Shown in pieces: positions 10,879-20,497 of a stretch of 60,919 nt of DNA. How positions within the stretch are numbered: the first letter of the stretch is position 1; each line of letters opens with the position of its first letter. This DNA is from Bacteroidales bacterium (GTDB lineage: Bacteria; Bacteroidota; Bacteroidia; Bacteroidales; UBA10428): NCBI GenBank assembly GCA_016926205.1, contig JAFGPB010000087.1, positions 1-60,919 on the forward strand, read 5' to 3'. The notes under the pieces were generated by a model. It was given only the letters and a program-made list of their open reading frames with translations, ran no database searches and was not told where the DNA came from. Made by a program: the position numbers and the translations under genes.

Positions 10879-11571
10879 TTATTCGGTTTCAAGACAGTAA
10901 CCGTAACCCGATCTGCTGACCAGGTGTTTGCCGTACTTTCCCAGTTTCTTTCTCAATCGGGTAATGTGTACGTCAACCGTCCGTTCAATCACTGTCACAT
11001 CACGCCAAGCAAAATTCAGGATCTGCTCACGGGTGAAAGTGCTGCCCGGATTCTTCATCAGGATCTGCAGGATCTTGTATTCGTTTGGCGTAATATCGGT
11101 CCTGACACCATCCACAAAAAGCCTTTTCTTCTCAAAATCCAGTTCAAGTCCGAGTATTTTCAGCTTTTCCTTCTTTCCTTTGGGTTTGAAATCCGGTCCC
11201 GATCTGTGCAGAACTGCCTTCACCCTGGCGATCAACTCCCTGATTGAAAATGGCTTCGTGATGTAATCGTCAGCCCCGAGTGTAAACCCCGTCAGTTTGT
11301 CATTTTCCGAATTCCTGGCTGTAAGAAAAATGATGGGTTTGTCGAGTCTCTTTTTTTTCCTCAATTCATTGGCCAGCATAAAACCCGACATTCCCTTCAT
11401 CATGATGTCAACCAGAAACAGGTGGTAATCATCCAATGGCATTTTCAGCGCCCGTTCCGATGAATTGACGGCATCCACATGAAATCCTTCCGCCTCAAGG
11501 TTGAATTTGATGATTTCACAGATGTCCTCCTCATCATCCACGACAAGTATTCTCGGCTTCAGATTGTTCAT
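10879..11571 (-). CDS. OmpR/PhoB-family response regulator
   Basis: Receiver domain (VVDDE, VDIMM, FLTA, KPF) plus winged helix (ERTVDVHITRLRKKL, SGYGY). Confidence 0.92.
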   Translation of the reverse strand: MNNLKPRILVVDDEEDICEIIKFNLEAEGFHVDAVNSSERALKMPLDDYHLFLVDIMMKGMSGFMLANELRKKKRLDKPIIFLTARNSENDKLTGFTLGADDYITKPFSIRELIARVKAVLHRSGPDFKPKGKKEKLKILGLELDFEKKRLFVDGVRTDITPNEYKILQILMKNPGSTFTREQILNFAWRDVTVIERTVDVHITRLRKKLGKYGKHLVSRSGYGYCLETE

Positions 11572-11623
11572 AATCTTTTATTTTATAAAGATCACAGCAT
11601 GCGGGCGAAATAAAAAAATACTT

Positions 11624-11716
11624 CTTACGCTCTGGTTACAAATTCGTTACAAAAATATTACAAGAATCTCTTCTGTAATATATTCTTAATGGAATTGTAA
11701 CGCTGCTGTAAAAATA
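11624..11716. promoter_or_regulatory. Divergent array of eight 11-bp-period Pho-box-like repeats (4 in each orientation)
   Basis: TTAC at 11625, 11636, 11647, 11658 and GTAA/TTAA at 11675, 11686, 11697, 11708, between the response regulator and the transporter. Confidence 0.75.
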
Positions 11717-11843
11717 TGGGATTATCATCGAACCGGTAATACGAATTGGTAAAAAAGATATAACTCATTGATTTACTGAATACTTTTAAAATACCGGACA
11801 GTGACCATCCGTACTCAGCAATAATTTTTATCATCTCTGTCAA

Positions 11844-14111
11844 ATGGAGCAATTCTTCCTTATCATTGTGATTATTCTTTTTATTCTTGCGGTTTCTGAT
11901 CTGATCGTCGGGGTGAGCAATGATGCCGTGAATTTTTTGAATTCCGCCATCGGTTCAAAAGCAGCACCCGAAAAGATCATATTCCTGATCGCCACAGCCG
12001 GGATACTTTTCGGTGCGACCTTCTCAAACGGAATGATGGAAGTCGCCCGGAACGGAATATTCAATCCCTATGTCTTTACCTTCTCTCACATTATCATCAT
12101 CTTTCTGGCCGTGATGATAACGGACGTATTGCTGCTGGATCTCTTTAACACTTTCGGACTGCCCACCTCCACCACGGTCTCGGTGGTCTTTGAACTGCTC
12201 GGAGCAGCTGTAGGCATGGCTTTCATCAGTATCAGAACTTCAGCAGGAACCGCAAATGACATCGGTGATTATATCAATTCAGAAAGGGCTCTTTTGATTA
12301 TCAGCGGCATTTTGCTTTCCATTGTGATTGCATTCACTGCAGGGATGATCATCCAGTATGTTTCGAGGATCATTTTTTCCTTCAATTTTAACCGGACCGC
12401 CAGGTATTTCGGGGCAATATGGGGCGGACTTGCGATTGCATCAATCACCTATTTTATACTGATCAAAGGAGCCAGCGGTTCTTCCTTCATCAATGCGGAG
12501 CAGTCCTCATGGATCAAAGAACACAGCAATGCAATCCTCGGTATTTGTTTTGGGGGATGGACAGTTTTGATGCTCCTGCTTCAATGGCTTTTCAACACAA
12601 ACATTTTCAAAGTAATCGTACTTTTCGGAACATTTGCCCTGGCCATGGCTTTTGCAGGTAACGACCTCGTGAATTTCATCGGTGTGCCCCTGGCCGGTTT
12701 TGAATCCTATAAGATCTTCTCGGCACAGAGCTCATTGTCAGCGGATGCATTCCTGATGCAGGGCCTCATGGAAGAAGTGAAAACTCCGACCTTCTTCCTG
12801 CTGCTTGCAGGAATTGTCATGGCGCTGGCACTGTGGTTCTCCAAAAAAGCACGCAGTGTGACAAAAACTGAAGTCAACCTTGGGAATCAGGACCTGATCA
12901 ATGAGCGGTTCTCATCCTTCGCATTTGCCAGGGCAATCGTCCGGATCGGGATACGTTCCGGAAATGTATTCAGGCTGTTGATTCCTGAAAAAATCAGCAA
13001 GTCCCTGGACGAAAGGTTTGACGACAAAACCTTTAAAAAGGAAATCAGAAAAAACAAGAGTATCTCTTTTGACCTGGTCCGTGCCTCCGTCAATCTTGCC
13101 GTATCAAGCAGCCTGATCGCTCTGGCGACATCCTACCGGCTGCCGCTGTCCACCACATACGTTACTTTCATGGTCGCCATGGGCACGTCCCTTTCCGACC
13201 GGGCCTGGGGCCGTGAGAGCGCCGTATACCGGGTTTCCGGTGTGCTTACCGTGATCGGCGGCTGGTTTTTCACAGCTTTAAGTGCCTTTACAATCGCAAT
13301 GATCATTGCACTCCTGATTCACTGGGGCGGACCAGCCGCCCTCATCGCCATGATCCTGTTGATCATTTTCATCCTGTACAGGACCTACGTTCTGCACAAG
13401 AATCGTGAAGAAACCATTAAAAAAGCTGAACTCGAAGTATCAGCATCCGATGGCATTTCTGCGGCCGATGCCGGACATAAATTCAGCAACCGGATCTCAA
13501 AACTAACCGACAGGGCTGCGGATCTTTATGAAACGGCAATACTCTCACTGATCGCTGAAAAAAGAAGAAAACTGGCAGTTGCCAGAAAGAGGTTCACGGA
13601 ACTTCAAAAAGACATAAAATCCTTCAGGAAGAACACGTATCAAATGATCCTCAGCATGCAGGAAACCGAAGCTGACAAACATGGTGAGCATTTCATGCTG
13701 ATGCTTGCCCATCTGAATGAAATGGTCCGGAGCCTTGAACACATCATTCATTCCGCTTACGAACATGTTGACAACAATCATGAAACGATGAAATCAAAGG
13801 AAGCGGATGATCTCATGTCATTCTGCAGATCCTGTGGAGACTTCATTCAAAGATCGGGGAAGATGATCCCCGAAAGACATCCTTATGAGATGGGAAAACT
13901 TCATGATGCCATGATGGATCTGAGAGCAAGGCTGTCAGCTATGGGCAGGGACCATCTTAAAAGGATCAGGACCACGCCCTCAGGTACACGTGCCAGCCTG
14001 CTTCATATAGGTATTCTCAGCGAGTCCAGGAACCTCATCCACTCAGCTTACATGCTGGTCTCGGCTTCAGATGAACTGTCCCGTTCAATTCAATCTGGCA
14101 CCAAAGGCTAG
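11844..14111 (+). CDS. Inorganic phosphate transporter (PiT/PHO4 family) with C-terminal helical, possibly PhoU-like, domain
   Basis: PiT signature motifs GVSNDAVN and FAGNDLVN, GLPTSTT and LPLSTTY, many TM helices; about 230-aa soluble helical C-terminus. Confidence 0.88.
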   Translation: MEQFFLIIVIILFILAVSDLIVGVSNDAVNFLNSAIGSKAAPEKIIFLIATAGILFGATFSNGMMEVARNGIFNPYVFTFSHIIIIFLAVMITDVLLLDLFNTFGLPTSTTVSVVFELLGAAVGMAFISIRTSAGTANDIGDYINSERALLIISGILLSIVIAFTAGMIIQYVSRIIFSFNFNRTARYFGAIWGGLAIASITYFILIKGASGSSFINAEQSSWIKEHSNAILGICFGGWTVLMLLLQWLFNTNIFKVIVLFGTFALAMAFAGNDLVNFIGVPLAGFESYKIFSAQSSLSADAFLMQGLMEEVKTPTFFLLLAGIVMALALWFSKKARSVTKTEVNLGNQDLINERFSSFAFARAIVRIGIRSGNVFRLLIPEKISKSLDERFDDKTFKKEIRKNKSISFDLVRASVNLAVSSSLIALATSYRLPLSTTYVTFMVAMGTSLSDRAWGRESAVYRVSGVLTVIGGWFFTALSAFTIAMIIALLIHWGGPAALIAMILLIIFILYRTYVLHKNREETIKKAELEVSASDGISAADAGHKFSNRISKLTDRAADLYETAILSLIAEKRRKLAVARKRFTELQKDIKSFRKNTYQMILSMQETEADKHGEHFMLMLAHLNEMVRSLEHIIHSAYEHVDNNHETMKSKEADDLMSFCRSCGDFIQRSGKMIPERHPYEMGKLHDAMMDLRARLSAMGRDHLKRIRTTPSGTRASLLHIGILSESRNLIHSAYMLVSASDELSRSIQSGTKG

Positions 14112-14119
14112 ATTGCCAA

Positions 14120-14223
14120 TAAAAAATTTCAGAGTTTTTTCTTGAGTTCGGTGGTAAAAAATTCAGAGCTTTTTCTTGACTTCTGTGGTAAAAAGTTCAG
14201 AGTTTTTTCTTGACTTCTGTGGT
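14120..14223. repeat. Three tandem 34-bp copies of the infB 3' end
   Basis: Core tcagag(t/c)tttttcttga(c/g)ttc(t/g)gtggt begins at 14129, 14163 and 14197; the third copy encodes the last 8 codons and stop of infB. Confidence 0.95.
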
Positions 14224-17121
14224 TTCATAACCTTCAACGATATCGCCGACCTTAATATCATTGAAGTTTTCAATGTTCAATCCGCAATCCTGTCCGCTTA
14301 CAACTTCCTTCACGTCATCCTTGAACCGCTTGAGCGATGCAAGAATTCCTGTATAGATCACGATACCTTCGCGGATTATCCTCACTTTTGTTTCGCGTCT
14401 GATCTTGCCTTCCTTAACGATACAGCCGGCAATCGTTCCAACCCTGTTGATTTTAAATGTCTCCCGCACCTCAAGGGTTGCCACGATTTCCTCTTTGATC
14501 TCGGGTGAAAGCATGCCTTCCATGGCAGACCTGATCTCATTGATCGCGTCATAGATGATGGAATAAAGCCTGATATCGATCTGCTCTTTTTCTGCCAGTT
14601 TGCGTGCCTGCAGGGAGGGCCTGACCTGAAAGCCCACAATAATGGCATTGGAAGCCGCGGCAAGCAGAATATCGCTTTCCGATATCTGACCGATGGCTTT
14701 GTGAATCACATTGACCTGGATTTCTTCATTCGAGAGCTTGATCAATGAATCGGACAGTGCTTCAATGGAACCGTCCACGTCGCCCTTTATAATGATATTC
14801 AGTTCTTTGAAATTGCCTATCGCAATTCTTCTTCCGATTTCATCCAGTGTAATATGTTTCTGGGTGCGGAGTCCCTGTTCGCGTGACAACTGTTCCCGTT
14901 TTATGGCCAGTTCCTTTGTTTCTTTTTCGCTTTCCATAACGTTGAATTTATCCCCTGCCTGCGGTGCGCCATTCAGACCCAGCACAAGCACCGGATCGGA
15001 CGGGTAGGCCTGATCGATCTTTTTGCCCCTCTCATTATACATGGCTTTAATTCGGCCGTAATGATGTCCGGCCAGCATCATATCGCCGATCTTCAATGTG
15101 CCTGTCTGTACCAGTAAAGTTGCAATAAATCCGCGTCCCCTGTCCAGTGAAGATTCAATGATCGTTCCTGTTGCACGCTTGTCCGGATTTGCCATTAAAT
15201 TCAGCATTTCAGCTTCGAGAAGTACTTTTTCAAGCAAATCGTCTACATTCAATCCTGATTTTGCCGAAATTTCCTGTGACTGGTATTTGCCTCCCCAATC
15301 CTCTACGAGTATGTTCATCTTGGCAAGCTCTTCCTTAATTTTTTCAGAATTTGCCGTAGGTTTGTCAATTTTATTAATGGCAAATACCATTGGGACACCT
15401 GCTGCCTGAGCGTGATTTATCGCTTCAACGGTTTGTGGCATAATGCCGTCATCCGCAGCGATCACGATAATAGCGACATCCGTTATCTGCGCCCCCCGGG
15501 CCCGCATGGCAGTAAAAGCTTCATGTCCGGGTGTGTCCAGAAAAGTAATCTGCCGTCCATCCTTGAGCTCCACACCGTAAGCACCTATGTGCTGGGTTAT
15601 GCCACCTGCTTCACCTGCAATGACGTTCGCATTCCGGATGTGGTCAAGCAGTTTGGTTTTGCCGTGATCAACATGTCCCATCACTGTGACAATCGGAGGC
15701 CTTGTTTCCAGATCATCCGGACGGTCTTCCTCCTCTTCAACGGAATCATGAAGGTCGGCGGTTATAAACTCGACTTTATAGTTGAATTCTTCTGCAACAA
15801 GCACCAGTGCTTCTGCATCAAGTCTCTGATTGATTGAAACAAACAAACCAAGGCTCATACAGGCAGCGATCACCTCGTTTACATGAACATTCATCAAGGT
15901 AGCCAGTTCATTCACCGTAACAAATTCTGTGACCCTGAGTATATTCTTTTCCTGTTCCTGTTTTTCAAACTCCTGCTGCAAACGCTGACTGGCAATTTCA
16001 CGCTTTTCACGCCTGTACTTCGATCCCTTTGATTTGCCCTTGCCTGTCATTCTGGCAAGCGTATCCTTTATCTGACGGTCGACATCTTCTTCACTGATCT
16101 CATAACGGTAACCCTTCCTTTTCTTCTTTCTCTTTTTATCCGTTTCCGTTTCAGCGAGTTCGGTTTTGGGTTTATCCAGACTGACACGTCGTGTGTCCTT
16201 GTCAATTCTCCTTCTTTTTCGTTTGTTATAGATCTGTTTCTTGTCCAGATCCTCTTCACCTGCATTCAGCTCTTTTGAAGAAATGATTTTGGCCGCCTTC
16301 GGCTCTTTTCCTTTTGCCTCTTCCTCATGTTTTTGCTTCTCCCTGGATTCAACAGCTTCATCACTTACTTTTTCTTCTGCTTCCTTACGTTTTTCTGCAA
16401 GTCTGGCTTTCCGTTCCTGTTCCAGCTGTTCCCTGCCTTTGCGGACCGGTCTGGTCCGCTGATTCATCGCTTCAAGATCAATTTTACCCACAACTTTCAC
16501 TTCAACATCCTTGACTTCAGGCTTTATGAATACTTCTTCCCGTTCTGAAACGGGTCTTTTTTCAATTGTATCTTTCCCTTTTGATGATTCCTGGTCATGT
16601 ACCTGTATTTCCTCCGGCTCTTCTTTCCGAAGGGATTCTTCCTTCTTTTCAGACGGAACCTTCTTCTTTTCCGGCTCTGCCTTTTTATCAGTGCCTTTTG
16701 GGGCAGGAGCAAATTTATCTACATCAATTTTGCCGATCACATTCAAACGGAATCTGTCCCTCTCGGTTATCCTGGTTGTTTCCGGTTCCGGTGGAATTGA
16801 CGTGCCCCGTGTATCTTTGATGAGCACTTCATCTTCAAAATCCTGGTTATCCAGCTCATTGGTCTCTTCGACATCCTGCTGGGAAATGGTTTCCATTCGC
16901 TCCCTGCGTGTCCGGAGATGAAGCATTTCTGACTCTTTTTTGGCATTCAGGTCGGTGCTAAATTCCTTAAGGAGCATATCCTGGAGTTCAGGCGCAATTT
17001 TCTCGTTGGGATTTGAATTGATCTTCACTCCCTTCTTATGCAGGAAATCCACAATTGTGGAAATGCCCACATTCAGTTCCCTGGCAATTTTACTAAGTCT
17101 TGTTGCTTTTACTTCTGACAT
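14197..17121 (-). CDS. infB: Translation initiation factor IF-2
   Basis: [31 protein letters not shown]-domain motifs; ATG at 17121 (MSEVKATRL) preferred over TTG 17130. Confidence 0.98.
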   Translation of the reverse strand: MSEVKATRLSKIARELNVGISTIVDFLHKKGVKINSNPNEKIAPELQDMLLKEFSTDLNAKKESEMLHLRTRRERMETISQQDVEETNELDNQDFEDEVLIKDTRGTSIPPEPETTRITERDRFRLNVIGKIDVDKFAPAPKGTDKKAEPEKKKVPSEKKEESLRKEEPEEIQVHDQESSKGKDTIEKRPVSEREEVFIKPEVKDVEVKVVGKIDLEAMNQRTRPVRKGREQLEQERKARLAEKRKEAEEKVSDEAVESREKQKHEEEAKGKEPKAAKIISSKELNAGEEDLDKKQIYNKRKRRRIDKDTRRVSLDKPKTELAETETDKKRKKKRKGYRYEISEEDVDRQIKDTLARMTGKGKSKGSKYRREKREIASQRLQQEFEKQEQEKNILRVTEFVTVNELATLMNVHVNEVIAACMSLGLFVSINQRLDAEALVLVAEEFNYKVEFITADLHDSVEEEEDRPDDLETRPPIVTVMGHVDHGKTKLLDHIRNANVIAGEAGGITQHIGAYGVELKDGRQITFLDTPGHEAFTAMRARGAQITDVAIIVIAADDGIMPQTVEAINHAQAAGVPMVFAINKIDKPTANSEKIKEELAKMNILVEDWGGKYQSQEISAKSGLNVDDLLEKVLLEAEMLNLMANPDKRATGTIIESSLDRGRGFIATLLVQTGTLKIGDMMLAGHHYGRIKAMYNERGKKIDQAYPSDPVLVLGLNGAPQAGDKFNVMESEKETKELAIKREQLSREQGLRTQKHITLDEIGRRIAIGNFKELNIIIKGDVDGSIEALSDSLIKLSNEEIQVNVIHKAIGQISESDILLAAASNAIIVGFQVRPSLQARKLAEKEQIDIRLYSIIYDAINEIRSAMEGMLSPEIKEEIVATLEVRETFKINRVGTIAGCIVKEGKIRRETKVRIIREGIVIYTGILASLKRFKDDVKEVVSGQDCGLNIENFNDIKVGDIVEGYETTEVKKKL

Positions 17122-17149
17122 TCCAGGCAATTAAATGGATTTAGCACCG

Positions 17150-17157
17150 CAAAATTA
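17150..17157 (-). promoter_or_regulatory. Putative internal Bacteroidota -7 promoter element for infB
   Basis: TAATTTTG on the minus strand about 30 nt upstream of the infB start. Confidence 0.45.
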
Positions 17158-17190
17158 GTAAATCCATTGATATATTATAACTTAATTCAA

Positions 17191-18429
17191 CTATTCAAAT
17201 TCCGCCTTCAGGATCTTCAACACTTCCCGAATGGTTTCTTCCTCTAAATCAGTACGCTTTACCAGGTCCTCCACATTCAGGTTCAGTACGCTTCTGGCAG
17301 TATCGCAACCAATGGCCTTAAGCTCATCCAGGATCCAGCCCTCAATCTCATCGGCAAATTCTTCAAGATTTACATCTTCCTCATCTGCGCTGTCTGTTTC
17401 ACGATAAACATCAATATCATATCCTGTAAGCTGACTGGCCAGTTTGATATTCAACCCGCCTTTCCCGATGGCAAGTGATACTTCATTCGGCTTAAGATAT
17501 ACTTCCGCCTTCTTATTGACCTCATCTATTTTAATTGAGGAGATTTTGGCGGGACTCAGAGAACGGGTAATGTACAATTGAAGATTGTTCGTATGATTGA
17601 TCACATCGATGTTCTCATTCTTCAGTTCCCTGACGATACCGTGGATCCGTGAACCTTTCATTCCGACACATGCACCCACCGGATCAATACGCTCATCATA
17701 TGATTCAACCGCCACCTTGGCACGTTCTCCGGGAATCCTGACAATCTTCTTTATGGTGATCAGCCCGTCAAATATTTCAGGAACCTCAAGTTCAAAAAGA
17801 CGCTCCAGAAAAACCGGTGAAGTTCGTGATAATATGATTAACGGTGTGTTGTTGTGCATTTCCACCTTGATCACCACCGCTCTTAATGTATCCCCCTTTC
17901 GAAAATAATCTGTTGGTATCTGTTCTGTTTTCGGAAGTACGAGTTCATTGCCTTCCTCGTCAAGTACGAGGATCTCACGTTTCCAGACCTGGTAAACCTC
18001 ACCCGTAATGATGTCCCCGATCCGGTCATAATACTTCTGAAAAACGTTGTTCTTCTCCAGATCAAGGATCCGGGCTGTAAGATTTTGCCTGAGCGTCAGG
18101 ATGGCACGCCTGCCAAAGTCCAGTAACTTGACTTCATCCGTAACCTCCTCACCCACCTCATAGTCGGCATCAATGATTTTGGCTTCTGACAGCGAGATCT
18201 GCCTGTATGGATCTTCAACTGTTCCGTCCTCAACCACTTCCCGGTTTCGCCATATTTCAAAGTCCCCCTTGTCAATATTGATGATTACATCGAAATTTTC
18301 ATCTGTTCCGAACATTTTGACCAGCATCCCGCGAAAAACATCTTCAAGAACGCTCATCATGGTTGCCCGGTCAATGTTTTTCAGCTCTTTAAATTCTGAA
18401 AAAGTCTCAATTAAATTAAGGTTTTCCAT
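17191..18429 (-). CDS. nusA: Transcription termination/antitermination factor NusA
   Basis: FGRRA, SRTSP, EVPEI, DPVGACVGMKGSRI, AIGKGGLNIKLA. Confidence 0.98.
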   Translation of the reverse strand: MENLNLIETFSEFKELKNIDRATMMSVLEDVFRGMLVKMFGTDENFDVIINIDKGDFEIWRNREVVEDGTVEDPYRQISLSEAKIIDADYEVGEEVTDEVKLLDFGRRAILTLRQNLTARILDLEKNNVFQKYYDRIGDIITGEVYQVWKREILVLDEEGNELVLPKTEQIPTDYFRKGDTLRAVVIKVEMHNNTPLIILSRTSPVFLERLFELEVPEIFDGLITIKKIVRIPGERAKVAVESYDERIDPVGACVGMKGSRIHGIVRELKNENIDVINHTNNLQLYITRSLSPAKISSIKIDEVNKKAEVYLKPNEVSLAIGKGGLNIKLASQLTGYDIDVYRETDSADEEDVNLEEFADEIEGWILDELKAIGCDTARSVLNLNVEDLVKRTDLEEETIREVLKILKAEFE

Positions 18430-18441
18430 TTCCGATTTCTT

Positions 18442-18906
18442 TTATTTGCTGATGATAATTTTAGCCTTTTTCACTTGATCCATTGCGATCTCAATATTTC
18501 TGACCCTCTTTATTTTCTTTCCCGATTCTTCATCCTTAACCTGTTGCTCCGTTTCCAGTATGATCCTGTTTCCGTTTAAGTCTATGAGCTTCCCCCGGTG
18601 TCTGATCCCATCCTTCCCCAGTATATCCAGTTTTCTGCCCTTGTTTATATGATACTGGATGGGCAACAGCAAAGATCTTTCGGGCCCGGGTGACGAGACT
18701 TCAAGCTCATAATCCTGATTGCTCCGGTCCAATCGTGATTCAATGAACCTGCTTACTTCCGCACAATCATCAATCGTAACCCCTTTCATACTGTCAATAT
18801 AAACCGTAATTTTACCGGCGGGTGTAACAACCGTCTCAACCGGGAAGAAGTTGCTGTCCCGCAGTGCCTCATTTATGATTGACTTTATGTTTTCCGGTTT
18901 TATCAT
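18442..18906 (-). CDS. rimP: Ribosome maturation factor RimP
   Basis: GVTIDDCAEVSR, YELEVSSPG; first gene of rimP-nusA-infB; ATG at 18906. Confidence 0.93.
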   Translation of the reverse strand: MIKPENIKSIINEALRDSNFFPVETVVTPAGKITVYIDSMKGVTIDDCAEVSRFIESRLDRSNQDYELEVSSPGPERSLLLPIQYHINKGRKLDILGKDGIRHRGKLIDLNGNRIILETEQQVKDEESGKKIKRVRNIEIAMDQVKKAKIIISK

Positions 18907-18922
18907 AAGCAATGATTCGTGA

Positions 18923-18952
18923 ACAAAATAGGGGACATAATCTGTCCCCTAT
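18923..18952 (-). promoter_or_regulatory. rimP leader hairpin (terminator/attenuator-like)
   Basis: Perfect 10-bp stem ATAGGGGACA-gatta-TGTCCCCTAT followed by TTTGTT on the minus strand, between the promoter and the rimP start. Confidence 0.75.
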
Positions 18953-18967
18953 AACCAAAAGCAAATG

Positions 18968-18998
18968 CAAAGATAAAAATAATATAACAAACTGCAAA
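18968..18998 (-). promoter_or_regulatory. Bacteroidota primary-sigma promoter for the rimP operon
   Basis: TTTG (18995-18998), 19-nt spacer, TATCTTTG (18968-18975) on the minus strand; matches the TTTG-N19-21-TAnnTTTG consensus. Confidence 0.7.
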
Positions 18999-19140
18999 AT
19001 TTTCGTCAAATACTTTAATTACAGATAATTAAGGATCATGTATAAATGGATGCCATGGTTGCCTGCTATAAATTATAATTGCTTTTGTGCAATTAATGCA
19101 TTAATTTGCTGTTTATTTTAAGACCCGATTAACATGTCAA

Positions 19141-20391
19141 TTGTCCGCACCTGTGAATAAACGAAAAATCGTAAATGATCCGGTTCACGGATTTATAAAG
19201 ATACCTACTGATTTTATTTTTGACCTGCTTGAACATCCTCATATACAACGCCTGAGAAGAATAAAACAGCTCGGACTGACCAGTTTTGTGTATCCGGGCG
19301 CAACCCACAGCCGTTTTCAACATGCTTTGGGAACTGTACACCTTATGGACATGGCAATTGATATCCTCAGGCAAAAGGACATCACAATTACCGACGAAGA
19401 AGCTGAATCTTCCCTTGCTGCCATACTGCTGCACGATATCGGCCATGGCCCTTTCTCTCATGCACTCGAAGAAAGTATCATACAACACCTAACCCATGTC
19501 GATCTTTCAAAAATGCTGATCAAAAGACTCAATGTTGATTTTTCAGGCAAGCTTAATATGGCCATGGATATTTTCAACAACAAGTACCCGAAAAAATTTC
19601 TCCACCAGCTCATCTCGGGACAACTGGATATGGACAGAATGGATTACCTGATGCGTGACAGCTTTTATACAGGAGTGGCAGAAGGAATAATTGGTACCGA
19701 ACGGATCATTAAAATGCTCAATGTAATTGATGATCAGCTTGTAGTTGAATCAAAGGGCATCTATTCCATCGAAAAGTTTTTAATTGCCAGGCGGATCATG
19801 TATTGGCAGGTTTACTTTCATAAAACTGTCATTGCAGCTGAAAATCTCCTGGTAAAATTGTTACAGCGTGCCAAATACATCGCTGCCGCTGACCACAGCC
19901 TTTTTGCAACGGAAGCCTTTGATTATTTCCTCAGGAACAGGATCAGTAAAGAAAATATTGATGAAAACGAAGACCGGATCCTTGACCATTTTACCAGTCT
20001 TGATGATGAAGACATCACGGTTTCAGCAAAGGCATGGCAGAAACACTCCGATAAACTGCTGTCACTGATGTCCCGCAACCTGATCCAGCGCGTACTCCCC
20101 AGGGTCAATATTCAGGATTCCCCGTTCCAGGATGAAGCGGTCAGTCAACACATTCAGCAGGTCCGTGAGCATTACGGACTGGACGATGTTGAGGCAGGGT
20201 ATCTGGTTTTTGCGGGTGTTATCTCCAATAAGGCATACAGTGGTCAGACCGAAACCATAAAGATCCTTTACAACACAGGCGAAATAAAAGACCTGTCTGA
20301 TGCTTCCGATTTGTTCGGAACCTCAAACCTCACAGAGAACATCAACAAATATTTTTTATGCCATCCGAAAGAATATGCCTTAAATTATTAA
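19141..20391 (+). CDS. HD-domain phosphohydrolase (SAMHD1/dNTP triphosphohydrolase-like)
   Basis: NDPVHGFI, QRLRRIKQLG, YPGATHSRFQHALG, LLHDIGHGPFSH, DMDRMDYLMRDS; start may be GTG 19153. Confidence 0.9.
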   Translation: MSAPVNKRKIVNDPVHGFIKIPTDFIFDLLEHPHIQRLRRIKQLGLTSFVYPGATHSRFQHALGTVHLMDMAIDILRQKDITITDEEAESSLAAILLHDIGHGPFSHALEESIIQHLTHVDLSKMLIKRLNVDFSGKLNMAMDIFNNKYPKKFLHQLISGQLDMDRMDYLMRDSFYTGVAEGIIGTERIIKMLNVIDDQLVVESKGIYSIEKFLIARRIMYWQVYFHKTVIAAENLLVKLLQRAKYIAAADHSLFATEAFDYFLRNRISKENIDENEDRILDHFTSLDDEDITVSAKAWQKHSDKLLSLMSRNLIQRVLPRVNIQDSPFQDEAVSQHIQQVREHYGLDDVEAGYLVFAGVISNKAYSGQTETIKILYNTGEIKDLSDASDLFGTSNLTENINKYFLCHPKEYALNY

Positions 20392-20497
20392 TTTTGTTGT
20401 GAACACAAGATATGTCAGATATTCCGGTTCGCTTACGGAAGGACATTTGAGGGAATAATTTGTATTGTATTGCGAAAAAACAGAAAATATCTCATCC

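Noticed and set aside
9097-14111. phoR-phoB-pit as a currently mobile island
   Set aside because: No integrase or transposase, no matching repeat at the left boundary and no evident compositional shift by eye
14120-14223. 34-bp repeats as a mini CRISPR array
   Set aside because: No unique spacers, the unit is the infB 3' end, and there are no cas genes
15960-16920. Low-complexity purine-skewed region with several overlapping ORFs
   Set aside because: Normal K/E/R-rich N-terminal region of IF2; the ORFs are shadows
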